Counted from the first letter of the stretch, positions 51,636 through 61,518 are shown. The stretch is 64,000 bases of DNA from Christensenellales bacterium (GCA_051883495.1 JBJETV010000024.1:20483-84482), one strand, 5' to 3'. The notes: generated by a model from the sequence alone, not told the origin. A program made the numbers and translations.

Positions 51636-52649
51636 ATGAAAAAGAAACAATCAATTTTGGCTATTGTCCTAGCATTTTGCTTGATTATCCCAGCAATGCT
51701 CATGCTAACTGCATGTGGACACACTCACAATGCATCAGCAAAATGGACTAGCGACGACAGCTATCACTGGCATATTTGCGAAGACAAAAATTGCACTGAA
51801 CAACTAGACAAGGCAGAACACACCTGGAATGATGGAGTGGTCACAGCGGAAGCAACCCTTCAAAACGATGGTGTAAAAACTTACACCTGCACCATTTGTC
51901 AAAAGACAAAAACAGAAACAGTTGCTATGAATTATATTGACGTAAACTTTGTTAAATCTGATGCTGAAACACAAACCAAAGTCAAATTTACTATAGCCGA
52001 GGCTGGTACATATTACTTCCGCTACGAAGTAAAGGACTGTGATTTCGCAAACAGCTACTACTGGATAAATATGAATAAAGTTGGCGGTGGTTTGCAACAA
52101 ACAGATACAAATCATTCACAAGCAAAGATTTATGATGCAAACAAGCAACTTATCAAAACTGGTATGGAAACTCGTGCAGCTGGTCAATTTGGGGCGGTAG
52201 AAACCTCAAGCGATTCTCCAGAAATCGTCAAAAAATTGTTGGAAAATGGTGTCAAATATCTTGAAATGCCTTTTGTTACTCCAGGAGAATATGAAATGAT
52301 AGTCACACACTATTCAAACAACATCAAAACTCTTGAATATAGTGAAGGGGTTTTCTCAAAAACAAATGTAGCATTGTGGAACAACAATTATAACTATTTC
52401 AAACTTACTATTACAGAAGATATACTACTTGACGTTCAAGCTAATAGTTATGATAACGATTTGCAATTAGATGCATCTCCTACAACCGGTCTAACTTGGT
52501 ATTTTCTAGATGCAAATGGCAATCCAGTTGAAAAACAAGATGGAGATAGCGACACCTATTACACCGCACCTGTAGCAGGAACGTATTATATCGTCATCTA
52601 TACCGAAACAAAACAAACGGGTGTAACTGTCAGTGCAAGTTTTTGCTAA
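51636..52649 (+). CDS. Lipoprotein with His/Cys-rich N-terminal module
   Basis: LTAC lipobox; HTH..W..D...HWHIC...C...EHTW...YTCTIC; AAGGAG RBS. Confidence 0.8.
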   Translation: MKKKQSILAIVLAFCLIIPAMLMLTACGHTHNASAKWTSDDSYHWHICEDKNCTEQLDKAEHTWNDGVVTAEATLQNDGVKTYTCTICQKTKTETVAMNYIDVNFVKSDAETQTKVKFTIAEAGTYYFRYEVKDCDFANSYYWINMNKVGGGLQQTDTNHSQAKIYDANKQLIKTGMETRAAGQFGAVETSSDSPEIVKKLLENGVKYLEMPFVTPGEYEMIVTHYSNNIKTLEYSEGVFSKTNVALWNNNYNYFKLTITEDILLDVQANSYDNDLQLDASPTTGLTWYFLDANGNPVEKQDGDSDTYYTAPVAGTYYIVIYTETKQTGVTVSASFC

Positions 52650-52759
52650 TAGAATAGCATAAATTTGCAATCATTGCACATCCCCACAATGCAAGATATG
52701 CAAAATAAAAGTTGGCGCTAGATATCAAATTGGACATAAATTGCATGGCATGATATTGT

Positions 52760-52800
52760 AAAAGGTTGAAGAAGTGATTTACTTCTCCAGCCTTTTGTAT
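52760..52800 (+). terminator. Intrinsic terminator
   Basis: AAAAGGTTGAAGAAGT..ACTTCTCCAGCCTTTT hairpin. Confidence 0.6.
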
Positions 52801-52823
52801 TTTAAGAGAAGATTTGATATAAT

Positions 52824-53407
52824 ATGGGTATATTTGATAATTTGATTCAAATTGGAGAAAATGGAGAGATTGTTTATAATCAATGGATTGAATGGGATCA
52901 TTTTCTTATTTCAAACAAACCAGAATGGCTTAGGGAAATTTTAAGAAATATAATGGCATTATTTGGCCATTGTATGAATTGCACGGCATTAGATGGTTGT
53001 TATTTGGTAACAAGAAACATGCCAGAGCAACCTTTACACGAACGCAGCGATTGCAAAAAGAAAACATTTCTCAATCCATTGTAAAAAGTAATGCTAACGC
53101 CGAATGCGATATTAGAAAATTTACAGAATATGTTTTTAAAAACACACAAAAGTCTAAAGGGAAAAATCAAATATTTTATGATCTAGGATTTAATATTGAC
53201 GATTCTGGTTATTTGCAAACAGAGTATAACAAACAAGCGCTTAACCATTATCAAAATGGAAACTATGTTTTAAAAAATTTAGATAGACGTGGACAGCGAT
53301 TGGCAATTCCTGTATCATTTAATGGAACCAGCTTTTATTCGGGTTGGTTATTGTGCCCAGAAGGAAAGATAAAAAATACTACACCATTTGGAGGTTGGAT
53401 AAAATGA
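52824..53407 (+). pseudogene. Frameshifted MuF-C-like (HxxCxC) + DUF6883-like toxin gene
   Basis: Two overlapping ORFs (52824-53084 and 52970-53407) join by a -1 shift in GCAAAAAGAAAAC. CMNC...QPLHERSDC resembles the phage minor-head motif; KFTEYVF..SKGK..FYDLGF resembles DUF6883. Confidence 0.5.
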
Positions 53408-53890
53408 AAAAATTAGATTTAGTAAAGTTAAAAAATGATAAGCCTTATAAAAAATTTGGTTTAGTAAAAGATATGCACGGAATAGTTTCCGGTACAAATT
53501 TTGATGATGTTGACGTATTATTTTTTAACCCACAAAATGTTGGTGATTTTGCAATTGTTAATGTAAAATTTGTAGACTTAGAATTAGAAAAAGAAAAACT
53601 TCCAGCAGAATTAGAAAAAGAATTACTTTCAAAACTAGATGATATAATTGCAAAAACAAAAAAATGAAATTCAACCTATTAAAATTAAAGAATATGATAT
53701 GATAGAATTGATTGTTGAAGAAGATAGATATGCGAAATTTGGAATACATAAAGGAGATATAAGTTGCGTTATGGATAATAATGCAGTCCAAAATTATATC
53801 GAGGTGGATTTTTCTGGCATAGATGAAAATGGCAAGTTTTATGGAGATTGCATTTCTGTTAAACTTGATGATTTAAAAGTAATAAAATAA
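53404..53890 (+). pseudogene. Frameshifted tandem DUF4926-like (immunity-type) gene
   Basis: ATGA overlap with the upstream gene. Two similar halves (KKLDLVKL..YKKFGLVKDMHG and KEYDMIEL..YAKFGIHKGDIS) are separated by a +1 shift in an A7 run at about 53658-53664. Confidence 0.5.
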
Positions 53891-54025
53891 TTTTGACACC
53901 AATTGACACCATTTACACCAAATGTTAATAGTTTTAGAACGAATTAGATCGAAAGTTGAGTTTATCAATTTTCGATCTTTTTTGTTGAATTTTTTGACAC
54001 CAAATATATGAAAAAGGGTGTCAAA
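53891..54025. repeat. TTGACACC direct and inverted repeats (integrase arm-type-like sites)
   Basis: TTTTGACACC AATTGACACC ATTTACACC (53891-53919) and inverted pair TTTGACACC (53993) / GGTGTCAAA (54017). Confidence 0.6.
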
Positions 54026-54118
54026 TTTTGTTTTGATAAAAAAGATATAACACAAAAATTGAAAAAGAAAAATCGCTAAATGCCTTATAAATAAAGGGTT
54101 TTAGCGACTTTTATGTTA

Positions 54119-54163
54119 TGGATCTACTGACGGGAATCGGACCCGTGACCCCTGCCTTACCAA
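54119..54163 (-). tRNA. 3' half of tRNA-Thr(GGT), partial duplicate / attachment-site scar (not a functional tRNA)
   Basis: Minus strand TTGGTAAGGCAGGGGTCACGGGTCCGATTCCCGTCAGTAGATCCA contains the anticodon loop GGT, T-arm ACGGG/CCCGT and a CCA end. The 5' half is absent and the T-loop is mutated (GTCCGA). Confidence 0.8.
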
Positions 54164-54429
54164 CTTTCGAATTATTGCCAAATAAGACTCGAACTCAATT
54201 CGCAGGAAACCCTTATATTTCCTGTGTTTTTTTATTTGCCCACAAATCTCACAATTGTTGTCAATTTTCAAAAATCTGACAACAGTTGACAACAAAAGCC
54301 CCATTTTAACCCACCAAAAAACTTACTTTTTCCACCTAAAATCATCTAAACTCGCCTAAAACCGAACATCAAGTGTTGTCAAAAAATTAGGGAACAAATT
54401 AGAGTTTAACATTTCAAAAAGTTTCATTA

Positions 54430-55143
54430 TTAAGTTGCAGAATCTTCCAACTTTCTTTGTTCTGTTACATACTTATAATTATTTATAAAAATCTCTCTAT
54501 GATTTATATTTTCAAAAACAAAATCAAAACCGTTAAGATTGTGAAATAGACAAAGTAAATGATCGTATAGCAATGCAGATATATAGATGAAGTTTTTTAC
54601 ATAGTAATTGATTCCTCTATCATTTAGTTGTGTAAATGACAAAGAATTATGAACGAAGTTATTACAATAAGTTCTCCAAACCGGCAAAGAACCTATATGT
54701 GCTTTTTTTACAATAGTGTCAATAGAAAAATTTGTTTCTCCTAATTTCTCTAACCACCCGAAATCGCAAAAATTTATAAAACTACATTTAACTTTACATG
54801 AATTTTTTAAATTAAGTATATCTTGTCTTGCTTTTTCTTTATTCATAATTAAATTTAGTTTTAATTTAGAGAATTTATTATATTCATTTAGTATTGAAGG
54901 ATTTTCTAATAAAACTTGTAATGTTGAAGTTTGCTCGATTAAAGACCTCAACAATGTTCCAGCCTGGGTATAGGCCTTAATATCTATTGCATGACAAATT
55001 AATTCGATGTTTTTGAAACAGTCGAAAAATAATCGATAATATGTATTGTTTTCTTTATTTTCATCATTATCTATAAAATAGAATATGGCATATGGCATTT
55101 TTTTGCAGCCTTCATTTAAAATATCTTTTAATCTTAAGTACAT
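54430..55143 (-). CDS. DUF5677/HEPN-like protein
   Basis: Helical protein with LLRSLIEQ (RxxxE) and late YCNNFVHNS motif typical of HEPN-related DUF5677. Confidence 0.55.
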   Translation of the reverse strand: MYLRLKDILNEGCKKMPYAIFYFIDNDENKENNTYYRLFFDCFKNIELICHAIDIKAYTQAGTLLRSLIEQTSTLQVLLENPSILNEYNKFSKLKLNLIMNKEKARQDILNLKNSCKVKCSFINFCDFGWLEKLGETNFSIDTIVKKAHIGSLPVWRTYCNNFVHNSLSFTQLNDRGINYYVKNFIYISALLYDHLLCLFHNLNGFDFVFENINHREIFINNYKYVTEQRKLEDSAT

Positions 55144-55272
55144 AAGTTGATAACCTCAGAATAAGTATAGCATAAAAAACAAAGAAATACACCAACCTAA
55201 ATAATTTTGTGCGAATTATGTAGAAGTTATGGAAAATTGACAAATATATGTTATAATTAACATAAGGTACAT

Positions 55273-58011
55273 ATGAGAAATTTAAGTGATGTTTTAAATA
55301 AAATGAATGCTGAAATAGATGAAGATCTTTCTAAATTTACAAGAGAAAACCGTGCCGAAGTGTCAAAAAATGTGTTAGAGCCGCTAAGACATTTCGTAGA
55401 GGCAATATCTTTATATTTACTAATGAAAGATAAAGGCGAACCATTAAATTACAACTATGATAGAATTCAAGAGGCTTTAAGATTTATAAGAAACAATCCG
55501 GAAACTTTTTTCTTATATAAATTTCATTATATGTTGCAAGGTTCAATTTCACACTATTATGAAGATGAAGAGATTTCCGAACGTTTAATGTTAAAATATT
55601 ATGAATATCTTATAGAATTAAAGAAGTATTTAAGAAAATATCATGGTGTGAATATATTAAAAAATATCTATAAATTTCAGGTTTATCAAGATCCAAAATT
55701 TTTGGAGTATTATGAGGCGATTACAAATGTGGTAGATAGAATTCCAATAGAGTCGGGTTCGTTGTTTTATGGTAATAGATATTATGTACAGAAAGTCAAT
55801 CAAATTTTAATTAAGAATGATATTTATTATGAAATAACTTTATCTACAGTAAATGATTTTGCAACTAAATATGATAGAATGATTGTCTATTCAAAAGTTA
55901 AGCTTTTTGAAAATTATGCTGTTAATATTAAGTATGTTAGAAAAAAGGCAACGATATTTGGCAAAGCTATGCCAATCAATATATTGACTAGTTGGATGGT
56001 CTCTGTTAGACCTTGTGAATTTGAGAATTTTATGAAACTTTTTGGAATTAGTGAGGAAATTAGAACAGATAGTAAAGAATATTCAAACTTAATGAGTTTC
56101 ATAACAAAGCACAGAATAAGCTTAGTTGATTTAGTTAAGCTAGACAAAGAGGTTTACGATTATAATAAAACAAAAATATTAGAAGATGTTAAGAAGGTTA
56201 AGATTTTTAATTGTTTAGACAAATGTAGAGATTTAATTGTAAGCAAAGCGCCGGGCGCAAATATTTTAAGTTGTTTATTGCTTAGATTAAATAATAATAT
56301 TATTAAGGATCAAAGAGATTATAGACAAAATAGCAAACTTTCAAATTTATACATACATTATGGCGCGATTTCTTTTGATGAGATGCCTTATAACACATCT
56401 TTGTTGGGACATCCTATAAGAATTACTGATTTATTTCAATGCATAGATATTGAAGGTCATGAACATGAGTTTTTAGCAAGAAGATTAGTTTCAAATGTAG
56501 AAAATGAATCAACATTATACACTCCTATAGAAACTTTGGAGAATTTTGAGAATATCGATGACTTAATTGAAAAATATAATCGAACAGTTTATTTTGGACA
56601 TCCAGGAAGAAAGATATATAAGTTACATGATAATTTATATATTCAACAATATGAAAATGACATTTTAACTGTTATAAATAAATTTAAAGATTTTAGTTCC
56701 TCTGGGGTTAATAATTATTGTGAAGATTTTAAAAGTTGGTATGAACAAGAAGGAAAAACAAAGATAGATAGTGAAGAAAAACTAAATAAATTAAAAACAT
56801 TGTTTGAAAAAACAAAATTGGCATTAGTTTATGGTCCTGCAGGAACAGGAAAAACATATTTTGTTAACCATATTGCCGATTTTTATAAGGAAAAAAGCAT
56901 TTTGTTCTTATCACAAACAAATACTGCGGTAAATAACTTAAAAAATAGAATCGATGATAACAATAATTTTAAATTTGAAACAATTTATCAATTTATAAAC
57001 AATGAAATTCGTATTAATTACGATATATTGGTGATTGATGAATGTAGTATAGTAAGCAATGAAGATATGAGTGGTATTTTAACAAAAATAGAATGCGATC
57101 AAATTATCGCTGTTGGAGATGTTTATCAGATTGAGGCAATTTCATTTGGGAATTGGTTTAACTTAGCTCGTTACTTTGTTCCAAATTATTGTATTACCGA
57201 CTTATCTGACACACATAGAACAAATGATGAAGAACTTTTAAGACTATGGAAAAATGTGCGAACTTTGCAATGTGATATTCAAGAAGCAATTGATAGAAAT
57301 GGATTCTCAAGTGATCTTAATGATAGTATTTTTGAGCCCGAATCAAAAGATGAAATTATTTTGTGTTTGAATTATGATGGTTTGTATGGAATTAATAATG
57401 TAAATAGATTTTTACAAGAAAATAATCCAAATAAACCAATATATTGGGATGTTTGGACATTTAAAATTGATGACCCAATATTGTTCAATAAAACAGAAAG
57501 GTTTGATGGCTTAGTTTACAACAATATGAAAGGAACAATTGTTGGAATCGAAAAGGATGATTTATGGATTGATTTTCAAGTAAAAATAAATGTAGATTTG
57601 ATATCGGAACTGGAATTTTATCATAGAAATTTTGAGATATTAAGTGTCAAAGATGGAGAATCTATAATAAAATTTAGAGTTACAAAAATAAAAACTACTG
57701 ATTATGATGACGAAGATGCAGATAATATTATACCTTTTCAGATTGCTTATGCAACTTCTATACATAAATCTCAAGGATTAGAATATGACTCTGTTAAAAT
57801 CGTAATTACTCACGATGTTGAGGAAAAGATTTCTCATAATGTATTCTATACGGCTATAACAAGAACAAAGAGACTTTTAAAAATCTATTGGACACCTGAA
57901 ACAGAAAAGGCAACAATATCAAGATTTAAATCAAGTTTTAATGTTAGAGATGCAAAATTACTAGCAAACAAATATAACTTAAAATTTTATACCGGAAATG
58001 ATATTCATTAA
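55273..58011 (+). CDS. RecD-like SF1B helicase with long unassigned N-terminal region
   Basis: GPAGTGKT, IDECS, GDVYQI, YATSIHKSQGLEY and YTAITR helicase motifs in the C-terminal ~420 aa. Confidence 0.88.
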   Translation: MRNLSDVLNKMNAEIDEDLSKFTRENRAEVSKNVLEPLRHFVEAISLYLLMKDKGEPLNYNYDRIQEALRFIRNNPETFFLYKFHYMLQGSISHYYEDEEISERLMLKYYEYLIELKKYLRKYHGVNILKNIYKFQVYQDPKFLEYYEAITNVVDRIPIESGSLFYGNRYYVQKVNQILIKNDIYYEITLSTVNDFATKYDRMIVYSKVKLFENYAVNIKYVRKKATIFGKAMPINILTSWMVSVRPCEFENFMKLFGISEEIRTDSKEYSNLMSFITKHRISLVDLVKLDKEVYDYNKTKILEDVKKVKIFNCLDKCRDLIVSKAPGANILSCLLLRLNNNIIKDQRDYRQNSKLSNLYIHYGAISFDEMPYNTSLLGHPIRITDLFQCIDIEGHEHEFLARRLVSNVENESTLYTPIETLENFENIDDLIEKYNRTVYFGHPGRKIYKLHDNLYIQQYENDILTVINKFKDFSSSGVNNYCEDFKSWYEQEGKTKIDSEEKLNKLKTLFEKTKLALVYGPAGTGKTYFVNHIADFYKEKSILFLSQTNTAVNNLKNRIDDNNNFKFETIYQFINNEIRINYDILVIDECSIVSNEDMSGILTKIECDQIIAVGDVYQIEAISFGNWFNLARYFVPNYCITDLSDTHRTNDEELLRLWKNVRTLQCDIQEAIDRNGFSSDLNDSIFEPESKDEIILCLNYDGLYGINNVNRFLQENNPNKPIYWDVWTFKIDDPILFNKTERFDGLVYNNMKGTIVGIEKDDLWIDFQVKINVDLISELEFYHRNFEILSVKDGESIIKFRVTKIKTTDYDDEDADNIIPFQIAYATSIHKSQGLEYDSVKIVITHDVEEKISHNVFYTAITRTKRLLKIYWTPETEKATISRFKSSFNVRDAKLLANKYNLKFYTGNDIH

Positions 58012-58040
58012 ACTAGCAAAATTAAATTTGCTAGTTTTTT
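58009..58040 (+). terminator. Intrinsic terminator
   Basis: AAACTAGCAAA-ATTAAA-TTTGCTAGTTTTTT. Confidence 0.75.
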
Positions 58041-58111
58041 CTTACATTTTCATACAAAATCAGAAAAAGTATGCTATAATGTATGGTGAAAAGATATTTT
58101 GGAGATAAAAT

Positions 58112-59842
58112 ATGCAAATTAAAAGTTTTAGTTTCTCTCAAGAAGGACGAAATTTAGTTCTTAACGAAGCAAAAGGCAGAGATTGGCCAGTTGTTTATTT
58201 AATTAACAACAAAAGTTTTTTGTACATAGGAGAGACAAGTAATTTCTATAATAGATTTGGTCAGCATTTAGATAATAAGCAAAAGCGTGGATTGAAGGAT
58301 ATTCATGTTATTTTTGATGATGAATTTAATAAATCTGCAGTATTAGATATTGAACAATCGTTAATCAGGATGTACAGTGCCGACCAAAAGTTTACTTTGT
58401 TAAACGGAAATGCGGGACAATCTTCAAAACACAACTATTATCAAAGAGAAAAATACTTAAATAAAATTGAAGGGTCTGAAGAAAACAAAGGAATTTGGGA
58501 TTCTTTAAGAGATTTAGATCTTGCAAAATCTACTTACGAAGCAATCGTTAATAGCGACTTGTTTACCTATTCCCCTTACACATCTTTAACAGTTGAACAA
58601 GAAGAAGTTTGTTACAATGTTATTAAAGATATGCTAGATGGACTTAAAAAGGATTCTAAAAACGGAACAACTTGTATAATCAATGGTTCTGCAGGGACTG
58701 GAAAAACAATTTTAGCAATCTATATTATGAGTTTATTAACGAATGCAAACTCTCAAACAATCGATTCTTTTAAAGATGAGGAATCTTTTGAATATGCAAC
58801 TTTTAAAAATAAAATTTTACATAGGCTTAAAAAGTATGTTGAAGACAATGGCGAATTAAAAATTGGTTATGTTTTACCAATGACATCAATAAGAGCGACT
58901 CTTAAAGCTGTTTTTAACAAGAGTCACAACGGTTTAAAAAGCAAAATGGTTATTGGTCCAACAGATGTTGTTGGTGAACAATTTGATATATTATTAGTCG
59001 ATGAAACTCACAGACTTCCAAAAAGAAAAAATATTAGTTGGATGGGAGAATTTGATAAGTGTTGCAGAAAACTCAACATGAAACCTGAAACAACTAATAC
59101 ATTAGATTGGATTATCAAAAGCAGTAAACACAGAATTCTATTCTATGATAAAGAACAATCAATCAAAGCTTCAGATATTTCGCCTGAAGAGTTTGAAAAC
59201 TCATTAAGTAAAACTAAAATAAAAGAATATACTTTAACTTCTCAAATGAGATGTGAAGGCGGAAAACTTTATATTGATTATTTAGATAAAATACTAAAAT
59301 GCACAGTTAATAGTAAGGAACAAATAAAAAATTACGACATTAAGGTTTTTGATGATCCAAATGAAATGATTAATAGCATTAAAGAACTTAATGAAAAGTT
59401 TGGTTTGTGTAGAAATGTTGCAGGATATGCCTGGGAGTGGAAAACCAAAGGAAAATCTTTAGAGGAAATAAAATCTCAAGGATTATACGATATTAAACTT
59501 GGGTATAAAACTTATCCATGGAATATGACCAACAAAGAATGGATTTTAAGAAAAGAATCAATAAATGAAATTGGTTGTATACACACCACTCAAGGATATG
59601 ATTTGAATTATGTTGGTGTCATTTTAGGAAAAGAAATAGATTATGATCCTATAAATAATCAAATATTAATATATCCTGATAACTTTTATGATACTAATGT
59701 TAAAAAAGGAAGTTCTCCGGAAGAACTAAAGAGATACATTATTAACTCTTACAAAGTAATGATGGAAAGAGGTATCAAGGGCTGTTATGTTTATGCTTGT
59801 AACAAAAATATGAATGAATATTTAAAGAAATATTTTAATTAA
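58112..59842 (+). CDS. GIY-YIG nuclease fused to DUF2075 (Schlafen group-3-like) helicase
   Basis: VVYLI...LYIGET..R...H N-terminus; GSAGTGKT, LVDETHRL, QMRC and GCIHTTQGYDLNYVGVI motifs. Confidence 0.88.
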   Translation: MQIKSFSFSQEGRNLVLNEAKGRDWPVVYLINNKSFLYIGETSNFYNRFGQHLDNKQKRGLKDIHVIFDDEFNKSAVLDIEQSLIRMYSADQKFTLLNGNAGQSSKHNYYQREKYLNKIEGSEENKGIWDSLRDLDLAKSTYEAIVNSDLFTYSPYTSLTVEQEEVCYNVIKDMLDGLKKDSKNGTTCIINGSAGTGKTILAIYIMSLLTNANSQTIDSFKDEESFEYATFKNKILHRLKKYVEDNGELKIGYVLPMTSIRATLKAVFNKSHNGLKSKMVIGPTDVVGEQFDILLVDETHRLPKRKNISWMGEFDKCCRKLNMKPETTNTLDWIIKSSKHRILFYDKEQSIKASDISPEEFENSLSKTKIKEYTLTSQMRCEGGKLYIDYLDKILKCTVNSKEQIKNYDIKVFDDPNEMINSIKELNEKFGLCRNVAGYAWEWKTKGKSLEEIKSQGLYDIKLGYKTYPWNMTNKEWILRKESINEIGCIHTTQGYDLNYVGVILGKEIDYDPINNQILIYPDNFYDTNVKKGSSPEELKRYIINSYKVMMERGIKGCYVYACNKNMNEYLKKYFN

Positions 59843-59857
59843 ATACGAGGACAAAGG

Positions 59858-61156
59858 ATGAAAGAGTTTAAAAGCTTTTATAAAACTGTTGAAGGTAATG
59901 AAGGACAAAAATGCCATTATTCCACAAGACTAGATACTTATGGTTGTGGTTGTTTTCACGACTGCAAGTATTGTTATGCTAAATCTCTTTTAGGTTTTAG
60001 AGACTTGTGGCACCCTGATGATCCTAGTGTGGCAGACATTAATAAGATTGAAAAAAAGATTAAAACTCTTGAAAAAGGAACGGTTTTAAGACTTGGAGGC
60101 ATGACAGATTGCTTTCAACCTTGTGAAGTAAAACATAAAGTTACATATAAAACTATTCAACTTTTAAATAAATATGGAATTCATTATTTAATCGTTACTA
60201 AATCTAATTTGATTGCTAGTGATGAATATATGAAAATTCTAGATAAAAATTTAGCACACATTCAAATAACCGTTACTAGCACAGATGATAAAACTGCTTT
60301 AACCTACGAACAGGCAACTATTTCTTCAGAAAGGATTAAAGCAATTGAAAAACTTTCAGCCAATGGTTTTGATGTTGCAATCAGAGTAAGTCCGTTTATT
60401 CCTGAATATATTGATTTTGATATTTTAAATAAGGTTAAATGTAAGAAAGTAATTGTGGAATTCCTTAGAGTAAATGGCTTTATTAAGCGAACTTTTGATT
60501 TAGATTACTCTCAATATACTCATAAAGAAGGTGGATATTATCATCTTCCATTAGAAACAAAGAAAAAACTTATTAGTAAGATTAAAGGGTTTGAACAAAT
60601 TAGTGTTTGTGAAGACTGTACCGAAGCATATAACCATTGGAAAACTCATGTTAACTATAATCCAAGTGACTGTTGTAACCTTTCATTTAATAGTGAAAAA
60701 GAAAATTATATAGGAAATTTAAAACTTTTAAATAATCACAAGATGGGATTTTTGAGTTCGCAGAAGAGTCATCCAAATACAATAAGTAAAATTACTGAGT
60801 GGTTAGAAACCGTTGATGAAGATATTTGCATTGTTTCTGGTTTTCAAAGTAAAAATGAAAGTAAACTATTAGATTTATTGTTAAAGAATAACAAAAAGAT
60901 TATTATGGTATTGTCTAGAGAAATTTACAACAAGTGCCCGACAAAGTTTGAAAAAGCTGTTAATAGTGGACAAATGTTAATTATATCACCTTTCGATAAT
61001 ATGCTTAAAGTAACAACTAGAGATAATGCAAAAATAAGGAATCAGTTTGTGCTTGACACATCTGATGAAATAGTTGTTGGAGACTTATCTGTTGGTGGAA
61101 TGTTAGATGGTATATTAAATGGTAAAGCTTTTAAGTTATTAGGAGAAAAATTATGA
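59858..61156 (+). CDS. SPL-like radical SAM protein fused to C-terminal DprA/SLOG-like domain
   Basis: CFHDCKYC (CxxxCxxC), RLGGMTDCFQP, RVSPFIP; then YIGNLKLL...IVSGFQS...LIISPF...AKIRNQFV, a SLOG/DprA-like pattern. Confidence 0.78.
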   Translation: MKEFKSFYKTVEGNEGQKCHYSTRLDTYGCGCFHDCKYCYAKSLLGFRDLWHPDDPSVADINKIEKKIKTLEKGTVLRLGGMTDCFQPCEVKHKVTYKTIQLLNKYGIHYLIVTKSNLIASDEYMKILDKNLAHIQITVTSTDDKTALTYEQATISSERIKAIEKLSANGFDVAIRVSPFIPEYIDFDILNKVKCKKVIVEFLRVNGFIKRTFDLDYSQYTHKEGGYYHLPLETKKKLISKIKGFEQISVCEDCTEAYNHWKTHVNYNPSDCCNLSFNSEKENYIGNLKLLNNHKMGFLSSQKSHPNTISKITEWLETVDEDICIVSGFQSKNESKLLDLLLKNNKKIIMVLSREIYNKCPTKFEKAVNSGQMLIISPFDNMLKVTTRDNAKIRNQFVLDTSDEIVVGDLSVGGMLDGILNGKAFKLLGEKL

Positions 61157-61518
61157 TAAACGATAAAGTAGTAACATTAGAAGAATTAAAGAATAAAGTT
61201 AAAGAATTTTGTGAGAGAAGAGATTGGGATCAATTCCATAATCCTAAAGAACTTGCAATTGGAATATCAACCGAAGCAAATGAACTTTTACAAATCTTTA
61301 GATTTAAATCTGAAGAAGATATGAAAAAAGTTATGAGTTCAGATAAGAGAATTGAAGTTGAAGAAGAACTTGCTGATGTTTTATATTTTGTTCTTCGTTT
61401 TGCTCAAATGAACAATATAGATTTAAGTTCTGCAGTTTCAAACAAAATAGAAAAAAATGATAAAAAGTACCCCGCTGAAAAAGTTAAGGGTTGTAATAAA
61501 AAGTATAATGAGTATTAA
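61153..61518 (+). CDS. MazG-like nucleotide pyrophosphohydrolase (dCTPase-like)
   Basis: RDWDQFHNPKELA..ISTEANEL..EEELADV..KYP; ATGA overlap with the upstream gene. Confidence 0.92.
   Translation: MINDKVVTLEELKNKVKEFCERRDWDQFHNPKELAIGISTEANELLQIFRFKSEEDMKKVMSSDKRIEVEEELADVLYFVLRFAQMNNIDLSSAVSNKIEKNDKKYPAEKVKGCNKKYNEY

Noticed and set aside
54119-54195. Complete tRNA gene, and 62-aa ORF 54116-54304
   Set aside because: 5' acceptor and D-arm are missing. The ORF merely overlaps the scar and has no coding features.
59858-60700. Prokaryotic viperin
   Set aside because: Motifs (LDTYGCGC, GGMTDCFQP, RVSPFIP) fit SPL-like radical SAM proteins, not the viperin pattern.
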